This document shows, in pieces, positions 1 to 9,084 of a DNA stretch of 54,064 nucleotides. Within the stretch, counting starts at the first letter, position 1; each line of letters begins with the position of its first letter. The notes under the pieces are model-generated. The model saw nothing but the letters and a program-made list of their open reading frames with translations, ran no database searches and was not told where the DNA came from. The stretch is from Verrucomicrobiia bacterium (GTDB taxonomy: Bacteria; Verrucomicrobiota; Verrucomicrobiia; Limisphaerales; JAJOIW01): positions 1 through 54,064 of the forward strand of contig JAUIAG010000003.1 in the NCBI GenBank assembly GCA_030425355.1. The letters are read 5' to 3'. Made by a program: the position numbers and the translations under genes.

Positions 1-1258
1 GGTTAATGTCGAAGAACTTGGTGTAGAGCTGGGCTGTTTGAGTGGTTCTCTGGGAGAACATCACGGCGTAGTCTTCCAGAGTCCATTTGATGGGAGAGGA
101 AGCGACCTTGGTGATGGCATCGAGCAGATCAGCGAAGGAGATGTTGTTGAGCGGGGGATTGATTTCGATGGTGACCGATTTCAAATCCACTGTTTCGAAC
201 TCGGTGACGCCTCCAATGGGATCGCCGAATTCGTCGGTCTGAGTCGGGAAAGCTGAGATAATGGTGTTGTCGACGTAGGGATTCAGCATGAAGTTGATGC
301 CTTCGCCATCGACGTCGCGGCTGCGGGATTCTTCTTTGAGGTAGGTGACAACTTCAGAGAGAGGGATGCCGTCGAAGAAAACTTCCTTGATAACAAGGTT
401 GTTGAGTTTTCTGAGGATGGCGTTTCTTCCCGGGGAAGTGTGCAGCTCGCCGGTATAGGCCATTTCATTGGGGATGGGCAGTCCGTCCTTGTTGACTGGC
501 CATGACTTGCTCTGTGTGACTTCGTTGATCTTCTTCTTGAACTGCGATTCGTTGCGCTGAATGTTCAGGCTGTACATTTTCTCACGGGTGATATTGAGAA
601 AATACAGAATCTGTGGGGAAGCGGGATCAATCTCTTCAGCCTCCTTCAGAATTGCGTAAGCCTGATCAAGTTCACCGGCGTCGAGGAGCACGCGTGCATT
701 CTGAACGAGAGTCTGGGCACGGACTTTCTTGTCGCGGATGGCCGGAAGCTTGGCGAGCGTCTCCTGGTCGGGCCGCAGGCCTTCGAGCTGTCTGAGGCGC
801 TCGTCGACGACGGGCTTGAGTGCCTGAGCCTCGGTATTGTCAGGATCGAGCTTGAGAACCCGGTTGACCTGAGAACTGGCCTTGTCAAAATCGTTGGCAG
901 CGTAGGCGTCGTTGGCGATGATCATCGCATTGCGGGTCACGCCGGAAACAGCCATGGCGCGATCGGTGGGATTGACGCCTTCTCCAATTCGCTGAGCATA
1001 CTCAAGAGCCTCGTTGTATTCCTTGAGTGCCTGTTCGATGTTTCCCTGTGCCTCACTTGCGCCGGCCTCGGAGAGTTTCTGATTGAGTAGAATGGAAGCC
1101 TCTTCCCGAAGAATAGCTTCCGCTTCCGCGGTGGTGGAGTCATAGGATACCTGTCCTCGCACGGAAGTCAGGTTGACCCCGGCAAGAACAAATAGGAGAC
1201 TGACGACGGTTAAGGTCCTTCTGATCATTGGCTTCGCTGATAATTGAGCAAGTAGCAT
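1..1258 (-). CDS. Secretin-family (PilQ/GspD-like, Amuc_1098-type) outer-membrane protein, N-terminal part; runs off the left edge
   Basis: Absent from the ORF track because no stop lies inside the window. Manual translation from ATG 1258 (or 1228) is open to position 1: signal peptide MIRRTLTVVSLLFVLAGVNLTSVRG, helical TPR-like region, then KLNNLVIKEVFFDGIPLSEVVTYL...INFML...LNNISFADLLDAITKV...IKWTLEDYAV...LYTKFFDI, resembling the N-domains of verrucomicrobial secretins. Last gene of a PilM-led cluster. The secretin core itself lies outside the window. Confidence 0.7.
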   Translation of the reverse strand, partial: MLLAQLSAKPMIRRTLTVVSLLFVLAGVNLTSVRGQVSYDSTTAEAEAILREEASILLNQKLSEAGASEAQGNIEQALKEYNEALEYAQRIGEGVNPTDRAMAVSGVTRNAMIIANDAYAANDFDKASSQVNRVLKLDPDNTEAQALKPVVDERLRQLEGLRPDQETLAKLPAIRDKKVRAQTLVQNARVLLDAGELDQAYAILKEAEEIDPASPQILYFLNITREKMYSLNIQRNESQFKKKINEVTQSKSWPVNKDGLPIPNEMAYTGELHTSPGRNAILRKLNNLVIKEVFFDGIPLSEVVTYLKEESRSRDVDGEGINFMLNPYVDNTIISAFPTQTDEFGDPIGGVTEFETVDLKSVTIEINPPLNNISFADLLDAITKVASSPIKWTLEDYAVMFSQRTTQTAQLYTKFFDIN

Positions 1259-1263
1259 AGGGA

Positions 1264-2061
1264 TTACTGGGTAATATTAAAGTCTAATGTTGTTCTTTTT
1301 CCGGCCTGGTTTTCCAGAGTCGCCTGACTGGCGGTGACGGCCACTATATCGAATGACGTGTCATTGACCCGTAATGAGTCGCCAACACGCTGATCCTCAA
1401 AGGTCTTGTCAGTAGGTATGTGGTGCAGGGTTGCAGAGTATCCGACCACGGACTGGTAGGGCTCTTCCGGAGTAAATTCAATTTCCTCGGTGCGTTCGGT
1501 ATCCTCGTCGATGATCACGAAATAGAATCGCGAGGGGGAGTTCTCGGGACCGTCGACACGGGTCAGGACATAGGGGACATTGCGGTCTCTTTTGCCAACC
1601 TCGAAGGTTCTTTTAGTTGGCTTGCGCTTGCCGGCATTGTCTGACCCCTCTTCAGTGATTTCGACCACGTAGCGGGTGCTGCTGCCGTATTCAGTGGTGC
1701 GCACGTATTCGAGCCGACGGTAAAGTGGCTGGATGGCCTTGATCTGCAGGGACTTTATTCCCATCTCGGAAGAGCGCAGGAGGCTTCCGTTGGCTTCCTC
1801 CCACCGGACCGGGTTGAGCAGTTCATGCTCCCCGACAATGCCGACAGAAATAGGCTGGGAGATGCGGGTCAGCTCCTCTGCATAGGAATCAAGCTCCACC
1901 GGCTCATACTGCTTCGGAGACCGCCTTGGTGACTCCAGTGACGATTCCAGCTGCTGTTTACCGGCTGAAATCTGCATGATGACGAAGACGATGCCGCCTA
2001 CCGAAAGCACCAGCGCCAGTGCCAGAATCAGTTTCTCGAAGTGGTTTTTAAGGAAATTCAT
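1264..2061 (-). CDS. Pilus/secretin-system membrane-anchored protein (Amuc_1099-like position)
   Basis: N-terminus MNFLKNHFEKLIL plus one TM helix, then a beta-rich periplasmic region; lies between the PilO-like gene and the secretin. Called mainly on synteny. Confidence 0.55.
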   Translation of the reverse strand: MNFLKNHFEKLILALALVLSVGGIVFVIMQISAGKQQLESSLESPRRSPKQYEPVELDSYAEELTRISQPISVGIVGEHELLNPVRWEEANGSLLRSSEMGIKSLQIKAIQPLYRRLEYVRTTEYGSSTRYVVEITEEGSDNAGKRKPTKRTFEVGKRDRNVPYVLTRVDGPENSPSRFYFVIIDEDTERTEEIEFTPEEPYQSVVGYSATLHHIPTDKTFEDQRVGDSLRVNDTSFDIVAVTASQATLENQAGKRTTLDFNITQ

Positions 2062-2152
2062 GATCGGAACAAGGGGATTCCCCTTATTGTCTCAGGTAAT
2101 TACGGGAGTCAGAATAGTCGATTCAGAAATTTAAAGGAATCAATTAATCCAA

Positions 2153-3496
2153 TTAGTATTGATCATACATGTCGTCCTCTGAGGAGGAGTTCTCTTCGAC
2201 GACCGAGATGAAGGAGTCTGCCTTTTCGGAATCGTCGAAATAATGAACCATGTGGACGAGCACATTGAAAAGCAGCGGGTTCTCTGAGAGCACATACTTG
2301 TCGGACACCTCCTTCTGCCGGGTCTGGATAGAGGGCTGTGAAGGCATTTGGCTGTATGGATTGAAGGGGCTGTAGCCGCCACCGTATTCGCCGGGTCTTC
2401 CACCACCTGGAGGCGGAGGGTTGCCGCTGCTGGCCGGATTGGTGCCGTAAGCGTTGCTGAACTGACGATTGGCCGCTTCTCCGGCACGACCGGCACCATA
2501 TTGCCCACCGTATTGTGCGGAGCCGGGCCCGGTTGTTCCATACTGACGATTGAAAGCGGATCCGTACTGCCCTCTTCCTCCCCCTGGGCCCCCTCCGTAC
2601 TGACCGCCGTAGGGATTGCGGCCACCGGGAGTCGGATTTCCGGAATTGCCATACGGATTCGACATGGCCGGACCTGAGCCATACTGGCTCTGCCCGTAGG
2701 GATTCATACCGGGCTGAGGCATGATCATACGTGTTGTGCGGCGGACTTCCTGAGGCCGCACCGGCAGTTCGGTGGGCTCAATGTTCATGGCCTTGACGAT
2801 GTAGACATCCTTGGAATTGGTGAGATTCTCAAGAACATTGGCCAGTTCGCTGCTGAAGCCCTTGAATGAAATTTCGTAAGGGGTGTAGACCAGAAACTCT
2901 TCCTTGGTCATGCCCATATTTTTCATGATGCCGTAGGAATTTTCATCGGTTTCATCCACGCGCACACGCTTGATGCTTTCAAGAGAATGGACCCTCGCAT
3001 CATAGATGGCCCTGGTGAGCTTCTGGATATTCTGAAGATGGAAAGCGAATTTGGGGATGGAGGACTTGTCAGCGAAGTCGATGACTTCTTTCTGCCCCCG
3101 GAAGGTGAAATTGTAATTGGGCGGAACGGCAACTCCGAACAGTTCGGCCTCGCGGGACATTTTGGCAATAGCCTGGTTGATGGCCACGTTCAGCTGGAAG
3201 GCATTGGTGATGGTGATATCCGGAAGCGGCTGAAAAAGCTGCTGGGTGCGGTCAAAAAATGATTGAACCCTTGCCAGGTCATTGGTGGCACTGCGGATAT
3301 TGTCGATGTTGGCGGTCCCGGGGTGTGGAGCTTTGCGCTCGAGGCTTTCCCATCCGGAACGGGCCGAGCCGAGTTCATTCTGAGCTGCAGTGAAGCTGGA
3401 ATACTGGGAATAGGCGTAAAAGCCGGCGCCGCCTATCAGCAGCAGGGCTATCACCATTCCGATGACAAATTTTAAATTCTGTTTAACCCAATCCAT
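2153..3496 (-). CDS. Amuc_1100-like / PilO-like pilus assembly protein with a long Gly/Tyr/Pro/Asn low-complexity insert
   Basis: N-terminal TM, coiled coil, VPPNYNFTF and PYEISFKGFSSELANVLENL...YIVKAMNI segments resembling a PilO/GspM-type ferredoxin-like fold; directly downstream of PilM-PilN. Confidence 0.65.
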   Translation of the reverse strand: MDWVKQNLKFVIGMVIALLLIGGAGFYAYSQYSSFTAAQNELGSARSGWESLERKAPHPGTANIDNIRSATNDLARVQSFFDRTQQLFQPLPDITITNAFQLNVAINQAIAKMSREAELFGVAVPPNYNFTFRGQKEVIDFADKSSIPKFAFHLQNIQKLTRAIYDARVHSLESIKRVRVDETDENSYGIMKNMGMTKEEFLVYTPYEISFKGFSSELANVLENLTNSKDVYIVKAMNIEPTELPVRPQEVRRTTRMIMPQPGMNPYGQSQYGSGPAMSNPYGNSGNPTPGGRNPYGGQYGGGPGGGRGQYGSAFNRQYGTTGPGSAQYGGQYGAGRAGEAANRQFSNAYGTNPASSGNPPPPGGGRPGEYGGGYSPFNPYSQMPSQPSIQTRQKEVSDKYVLSENPLLFNVLVHMVHYFDDSEKADSFISVVEENSSSEDDMYDQY

Positions 3497-3534
3497 AAGG
3501 AGTCAGTGGTCGGTGGTTGTGGAGGGAAGGAAAT

Positions 3535-5421
3535 TTACAGGGGCTTGGAGAGGTAGAGATGAAGATCGAAGTCAAAAGTGAGATCGTCTTCCTTTACGTC
3601 CTTGATTTCACTGGCGAGGGTGGTCCGGTCGGTGAAGAGCGGACTGGCCTTCATGTTCTGGAGAACACGCTGTGCCAGTGTGATGTTGGCGGCGGCGTCG
3701 AGTCTCTTGCGGTTGAGTGCGGTGCAGAGAAGAGTGATTTTGCGCACGCCGTCGCCTTCATCCTCTTCTTCGACGACCTCTTCCGTGCCGTCATCCATGC
3801 CACTTCCACCGTAGCCCATGTCAAGGCCGCCGTAGGCAGCGGGGCCCAGGCCGTATTGAGCCATCATGTCGGCAGACATCTGCGGGACATTGGACTGCTC
3901 GCTCGCAGAGTCACTGCTGCTGGTGGAGTCATCCTCTTTGACAGCCGGGTCGACGGACTCGGCCAGTGTGCCGAATTTCAGCTGATGGACCCAGATTCCC
4001 ATGGAACGGGATGGCCCGCCCACCTGTTCTTCTGTCTCGAGGAAAATGCGGCGGACTTCCGTGAGGACCTCGGGGAGTATGGCCTGCCGGGCGCGGATAT
4101 CCTGGAGAACACCGATACGGTTGGTCAGCGTGTTGATTTCGGAAATGGCTCCGCTCAACTGACGGTCCTTGGATTCGAGGGGGGAAACATTCTCCTGGAT
4201 CTGAGCGGTCGCATCCCGGGTCTCCTTGGTGATCTGCATGAGCAGAAGACCGAAAACTCCGAGTGAAGCGGCGAGCACAGCGGCGCTGGCAAAAATCCAC
4301 GGCTGTTTCTTGCCGAAATCACGTGCCTGCTGTGAGCTCTTGGGAACGAGGTTCAGCTCAAAAGGACACTGGGCAACCTGCCGGATAGCCGCTCCGACAA
4401 CCTCGCCGAATCCATGGGCAACAGGTGCCAGCGTTTCAGCAATCTCAGGCTCGACCTCAATGTTCCGGAAAGGGTTGAAATATTCGACTTCCAGGGAAAG
4501 CTTCTCGTTGAAGAACTCCGCGGTGTAGGGCATGGAGGAGGCGCTGCCGGCCAGCATCAGACGGGCCGGTTTGCTGCCCTTCTGCTGTTTCTGGAAAAAC
4601 TGGATGGTCTGATTCACCTGGATGCTCAGGCGGGTCATGACCTGGCGTGCTATCTTGGAGATGGCCGCCTGGTGTTCATTTTCCGGATCTTCGTATGCGC
4701 CACCCAGACCGACGAATCCCTGCTCGACCTTGATCTGTTCCGCCTCGGGATAACGCAGCTTGGACTCCGTGCTGAAATCACGGGTGATGTTTTCCGAGCC
4801 GATGTTGACGGAGCGGATGAAGAAATTGTCTCCCTCAACGATGATGACGTTGCTGGTCTTTGCGCCTATGTCGAGCAGAAGGGTGCAGCCTTCGTAGTCG
4901 GGATAATTGTAACGGTAGGCGTTGAGGAGCGCTGTCGAAGGGGCGTCGATAAGTGCCACGTCCTGCTTGACGGATTCACAGATCCGGCCCAGGCCTTCCA
5001 CGATAGGTTTTTTGATGGCAACCAGGAGGACCTCGATCTCACTGTCCGTCCCGTTGAGAATCTGGCTGTCCCATACAGCCTCCTCCAGAGGAAAAGGAAT
5101 ATTCTGCTGGGCTTCATACTGAATCAGCTGGGAGACCTTGGAATTGTCGACCTTGGGGAATTTGATGTTCTTGGAGAAGACCTGGAATCCCGGAGCGACA
5201 ATAGTGGTCTGTCCCGGAGCGTACTGGCGCTCAGCGAAAATCTCGCTGATGGCTGTCTGCAGGGCCGCCTCGCGTCGGCTTTCCATGGTGCCCTCGAAGC
5301 CGAGCGGCCGGACGACGTAGTCACGCAGGAAGAGCATGCCGTCACCGAGGCGGTCGAATTCCGCCACCTTCAGGCTCCCCATGCCGAAATTGATACTTAC
5401 AAATGTTGGGCTGTCTGCCAT
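3535..5421 (-). CDS. pilM: Type IV pilus assembly protein PilM fused to a PilN-like domain (Amuc_1101-like)
   Basis: Actin-like PilM motifs (INFGMGSLKV, YEAQQNIPFPLEE, LLLDIGAKTSN, EAEQIK, LAGSAS, VEYFNPF), then the PilN hallmark ELNLVP, a TM helix and a coiled coil. Confidence 0.85.
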   Translation of the reverse strand: MADSPTFVSINFGMGSLKVAEFDRLGDGMLFLRDYVVRPLGFEGTMESRREAALQTAISEIFAERQYAPGQTTIVAPGFQVFSKNIKFPKVDNSKVSQLIQYEAQQNIPFPLEEAVWDSQILNGTDSEIEVLLVAIKKPIVEGLGRICESVKQDVALIDAPSTALLNAYRYNYPDYEGCTLLLDIGAKTSNVIIVEGDNFFIRSVNIGSENITRDFSTESKLRYPEAEQIKVEQGFVGLGGAYEDPENEHQAAISKIARQVMTRLSIQVNQTIQFFQKQQKGSKPARLMLAGSASSMPYTAEFFNEKLSLEVEYFNPFRNIEVEPEIAETLAPVAHGFGEVVGAAIRQVAQCPFELNLVPKSSQQARDFGKKQPWIFASAAVLAASLGVFGLLLMQITKETRDATAQIQENVSPLESKDRQLSGAISEINTLTNRIGVLQDIRARQAILPEVLTEVRRIFLETEEQVGGPSRSMGIWVHQLKFGTLAESVDPAVKEDDSTSSSDSASEQSNVPQMSADMMAQYGLGPAAYGGLDMGYGGSGMDDGTEEVVEEEDEGDGVRKITLLCTALNRKRLDAAANITLAQRVLQNMKASPLFTDRTTLASEIKDVKEDDLTFDFDLHLYLSKPL

Positions 5422-5682
5422 AAGCCTACTGATACTGACCCCGAAGCCGGCTGATCTTAAATCTGTCTACCGTTGATATTTCAAGCGAGATCGGGGAGTG
5501 GTTTAACTGAGTTTTCCAGCCCCGGTCAAACGAAAAAAACCTAAAGTCGGAATTTCACGTTCGCGGAGGAGATCAATGCCATTAAAATAATTTTCTTCAC
5601 GGCAGATGTCAACAGATCAATTACAGATGTCAGTAGTTGAGGATGGGTGAGCGGGGTGGGAATGGAAGTCGGTGGCGGGGAG

Positions 5683-7092
5683 TTATTTGGCTCCGGCGCC
5701 GGCGAAGACCACGGGGATGGTGAAGAGGAGGATCTTGAGATCGAGCCAGAAATTCCAGTTGTCGATGTATTCGAGATCGAGCCGGACCCACTCTGAAAAA
5801 TCGGTGAGGTTGCTGCGGCCGGAAATCTGCCAGAGGCAGGTGAGGCCGGGTTTGACGGAAAGGCGTCTGCGATGGGAGTAGTCGTCGAAGGCGAGTGTTT
5901 CGTCGACGGGGAGCGGCCGGGGACCGACAAGGCTCATTTCGCCGCGGAGGACATTGTAGAGTTGGGGCAGTTCGTCGACGGAGTATTTGCGGATGAACCG
6001 GCCGAAGGGGGTGACACGCGGGTCATTGGACACTTTGAACACCGGTCCGGACATTTCATTGAACTGTGCCAGCTCGTGTTTCTTCTGTTCCGCATTGGTG
6101 ACCATGGAACGGAATTTGTACATCCGGAAGGGTTTCCCGTTGAGGCCGCTTCGCATTTGATGGAAGAGAACCGGACCGGGAGAAGTCACACGGATGAGAA
6201 ATGCGACAATGGCGAGGGGAATGGCGAGCAGGACCAGGAGAGTGAGTGCGCCGGTGAAGTCGAGCACGCGTTTGGCGATACTCTGCCAGTTGAGATCGGG
6301 GGCACTGCGGAAGACGAGGGTCGGCTGCCCGTAGAGGTCGTCCAGTGAGGTCCGGGAGATATTGGTCTTGATGAAGTCGGCGAGGAGCCACACTTCGAGG
6401 CCTTCGGTTTCACAGGTGTGGATGATTCGCTCGACGTCCCCGAAAAAGATATTGCGGGCGGAGATGACCACGGCATTGACCGAGTGCTGATGGATGAGGC
6501 CGGGAAGTTCATCGATGGATGACTGACCGGGGTCGAATGTGGCGGAGATGACGAACTCGGAGTGGCCGGAATCCTTGAGGTTCTGCCGGAACTCATCGAT
6601 GGACGGGCCGGACCCCACCACGATGATGCGCTTGCGGAAATGGCCATTGGAGATGGAGTTGCGCAGGTAGTAGGAGGCGAATTCCTCTTTTGCCATGAGG
6701 AAGGCGAAGGAGACGAAGCCGAAGATCAGCGGGACGGCCCGGGCCATGTTGTCATTACCGCGGGAAAGGAACATGACGATGATGAGAATCACCGGGGTGA
6801 TGAGACAGGCTTTGAGACCGACAAACAAAGTGGTGCGGCGGCCGGAAAGAAGCGGGCGGCTGTAGAACCCCACCGAGGCCAGAACCAGGATGGATATCGG
6901 CATCACGATGACAAAGGGCACGAGATAATCGGCGAAAGGCCGGATTTCGATAGTGCCGCCAAGGAGCTGCACGGGAACCCACGAGGGCAGATTGGAGCGG
7001 ATCAGATAGGCCACAAAAAAGGCCAGCGAGAATAAGCCGCCGTCCACGAACCACTGAATTCTGTTTCTCAGATCTCTGTGCTTCTTAAGCAT
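5683..7092 (-). CDS. Polyprenyl-phosphate glycosylphosphotransferase (WcaJ/WbaP-type priming sugar transferase)
   Basis: N-terminal TMs, Rossmann-like IIVVGSG segment, C-terminal KRVLD...KFRSM...DPRVT..GRFIRKYSVDELPQL.NVLRGEMSLVGPRP...KPGLT..WQISGRS. Confidence 0.92.
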   Translation of the reverse strand: MLKKHRDLRNRIQWFVDGGLFSLAFFVAYLIRSNLPSWVPVQLLGGTIEIRPFADYLVPFVIVMPISILVLASVGFYSRPLLSGRRTTLFVGLKACLITPVILIIVMFLSRGNDNMARAVPLIFGFVSFAFLMAKEEFASYYLRNSISNGHFRKRIIVVGSGPSIDEFRQNLKDSGHSEFVISATFDPGQSSIDELPGLIHQHSVNAVVISARNIFFGDVERIIHTCETEGLEVWLLADFIKTNISRTSLDDLYGQPTLVFRSAPDLNWQSIAKRVLDFTGALTLLVLLAIPLAIVAFLIRVTSPGPVLFHQMRSGLNGKPFRMYKFRSMVTNAEQKKHELAQFNEMSGPVFKVSNDPRVTPFGRFIRKYSVDELPQLYNVLRGEMSLVGPRPLPVDETLAFDDYSHRRRLSVKPGLTCLWQISGRSNLTDFSEWVRLDLEYIDNWNFWLDLKILLFTIPVVFAGAGAK

Positions 7093-7135
7093 GCAGGTTG
7101 GTAATGAGCCCGGTTAATTTTGAAGAGTAAAGATT

Positions 7136-7882
7136 CTAACGGGAGGCAATTCTCAGGTCATCGGGCGGAGGAGTCAACTGGAACTTTGGAACTGCCTGCT
7201 GGATGAGGCGAATCATCCGTTCCTCCAGAGCGGCTTCATTACCGGGACTGGAGAGGGAAAGGCATGAGATGTAGGCCCAGCGTTTCAGGACCTGATTCTG
7301 GAGAAGGTCCCTGGCCATCAGAAGAATACGGCTTTTGTGATCGGCCACGATCTGGTCCTCCGAGACAAACCAGTAGAAGTAAAACCCGCTCCATTCTGCA
7401 ACGGACCCGTCGGGCTGTTCGATACGGCGTGTGATGGAGATTTTTGTTGCCGGCAGCTCGTAGGGCACCGGGTCCTTCATGGGGATGAGGACGGTTTCGG
7501 TTTTGGTGATCTTCATGCCTGAGCCGTAGAGGCAGTATTCGGGTTTATGAATACTTGTGCGGTCCTTTTTCATGAGGACGACCTGCATTCGTGCTTCGAA
7601 GCCGTCGGTGTCTGAATAATCACGAAAGCCGTAGGTGGTGTCCGGCGGCAGCCATTCGACGGTCCTCTCGCTGACAGTGACGTCGCGACCGGTGAAAAAA
7701 CCGACATCCGGTGGAAGCGCAATCGAGTTGGTGAGGAGAATGTTGCCGTCGTTGTCGTGGATGGGCTTTGAGCCGATGAGCACGCCGGGATCACCCAGGT
7801 TGGTGCGTATGGCCCCGAGCGCGAGGCTCAGGGACGCTGTGACCACAACCACGAAAGCAATGGCTATCTGATGCTTTTTCAT
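7136..7882 (-). CDS. Exosortase-associated EpsI-family protein
   Basis: N-terminal TM, SIHKPEYCL motif (EpsI H-x-P-x-x-C) and FYWF; adjacent to the exosortase. Confidence 0.75.
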   Translation of the reverse strand: MKKHQIAIAFVVVVTASLSLALGAIRTNLGDPGVLIGSKPIHDNDGNILLTNSIALPPDVGFFTGRDVTVSERTVEWLPPDTTYGFRDYSDTDGFEARMQVVLMKKDRTSIHKPEYCLYGSGMKITKTETVLIPMKDPVPYELPATKISITRRIEQPDGSVAEWSGFYFYWFVSEDQIVADHKSRILLMARDLLQNQVLKRWAYISCLSLSSPGNEAALEERMIRLIQQAVPKFQLTPPPDDLRIASR

Positions 7883-8031
7883 CTGAATAATTGTAACGGT
7901 GCCTCCAGGCGGATTTCCTGTTTAGTGTTGAACTTCATGCCGTGGGACCCGGCCCAATCGAGCCTGGCACCGCCGGAACGGCTGAATGATCTGATCATGG
8001 ACCGCATGGTTGGAATTCTTACGGGGTGACC

Positions 8032-9027
8032 TCAGGCAGGCTGGTTATCCGGTTCTGACTTGAGGTCTCCGGGTGCAGGGTCAGCGGGGCCGGAAGGCGG
8101 CGGCGGGTCCTCAAGCACACGCGAGAGCAGGATCACGCCCACCAGAGCCACGGCAAATGTGAGGAAGCCGAGATTCTGCTCGATGGCCTTGCCGGCGTCC
8201 TGACCCCAGAATTCGGCGACCATGATGACGGTTGTCAGCCGGAGCCAGTTTCCGAAAATGGCCAGAGGGATGGCCGAGGCGATCACGACGACCTTTTTCC
8301 AAAGGTTCAGATAACCGGTGAAGGCAAAAATCGAGGTGAGCATGAAAAGGCTGGTGAGACTCCGGATACCGCTGCATGCCGGGGCGACATCGTAGGCAAA
8401 GCTGCCGTCGGCACAGATCAGCGTTGTTCCCTGGCGGATGACATCCACCCCGAAGACAGCATCGGAAAAGCCGACGGCCATGGTGGAGACCAGAACCCGG
8501 AGCGGCAGTGTCAGTCCATCCAGATCGGCCGGGAGTGGCATGCAGAAGATAAAAATGAAAAAGGGAAAGAAGATCTCGACCATGAAGCGGAATCCATAGA
8601 AGAGGCCGATGATGCCGTACCATCCTATGAGAAAGCCGAGAAAAGACACGCGGGAGAGCTGAATCAGGAATCCGACGTAATGCAATGCGGCCCCGAGGAC
8701 CACCAGGCCCATGGCCGGGAACCAGACTCCCTTGGGAACACCGATCCAGTCATCCCTTTTCCAGTACATGAGGAACAGGAAGATCAGGGGAACGTAGCGG
8801 CCATAGGTGGAGTCGGGATCCTCATACACCCAGTTGAGCCATCCGAACAGGGATGTCGTGTCGACATATCCGCGGGCGGAGTTGCCCCAGATATGAAAGT
8901 GAAGCACCCACAGCACCGTCGCCCCGAGGAACAGTGTGAAATTGGGAAGCGACTGACCCATTCGCCTGATTTCATCCGTCAGCTTGTCGATGGGCGACCG
9001 GTCCCCCGGGTTTGCAGTTTCAGCCAT
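8032..9027 (-). CDS. Exosortase/archaeosortase family protein (EpsH/Xrt)
   Basis: Multi-TM protein with VAPACSGIRSL (catalytic Cys) and GNWLR (conserved Arg); the expected His position reads Glu (see findings). Confidence 0.85.
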   Translation of the reverse strand: MAETANPGDRSPIDKLTDEIRRMGQSLPNFTLFLGATVLWVLHFHIWGNSARGYVDTTSLFGWLNWVYEDPDSTYGRYVPLIFLFLMYWKRDDWIGVPKGVWFPAMGLVVLGAALHYVGFLIQLSRVSFLGFLIGWYGIIGLFYGFRFMVEIFFPFFIFIFCMPLPADLDGLTLPLRVLVSTMAVGFSDAVFGVDVIRQGTTLICADGSFAYDVAPACSGIRSLTSLFMLTSIFAFTGYLNLWKKVVVIASAIPLAIFGNWLRLTTVIMVAEFWGQDAGKAIEQNLGFLTFAVALVGVILLSRVLEDPPPPSGPADPAPGDLKSEPDNQPA

Positions 9028-9084
9028 GGCACGAAAGTATATCCCCGTCGGAAATTTCTCAAGTTCGCAGGGGAGATGCAGTTA

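Noticed and set aside
3517-5454. Long plus-strand ORFs 3517-4266 and 4414-5454 (likewise 16074-16943, 19195-19872, 34713-35513, 46116-46769)
   Set aside because: Antisense shadows of well-supported genes, expected from codon bias; no recognisable motifs.
5603-5632. CAGATGTCA direct repeat upstream of pilM
   Set aside because: Only two 9-mers 21 nt apart; too little to call a regulatory site.
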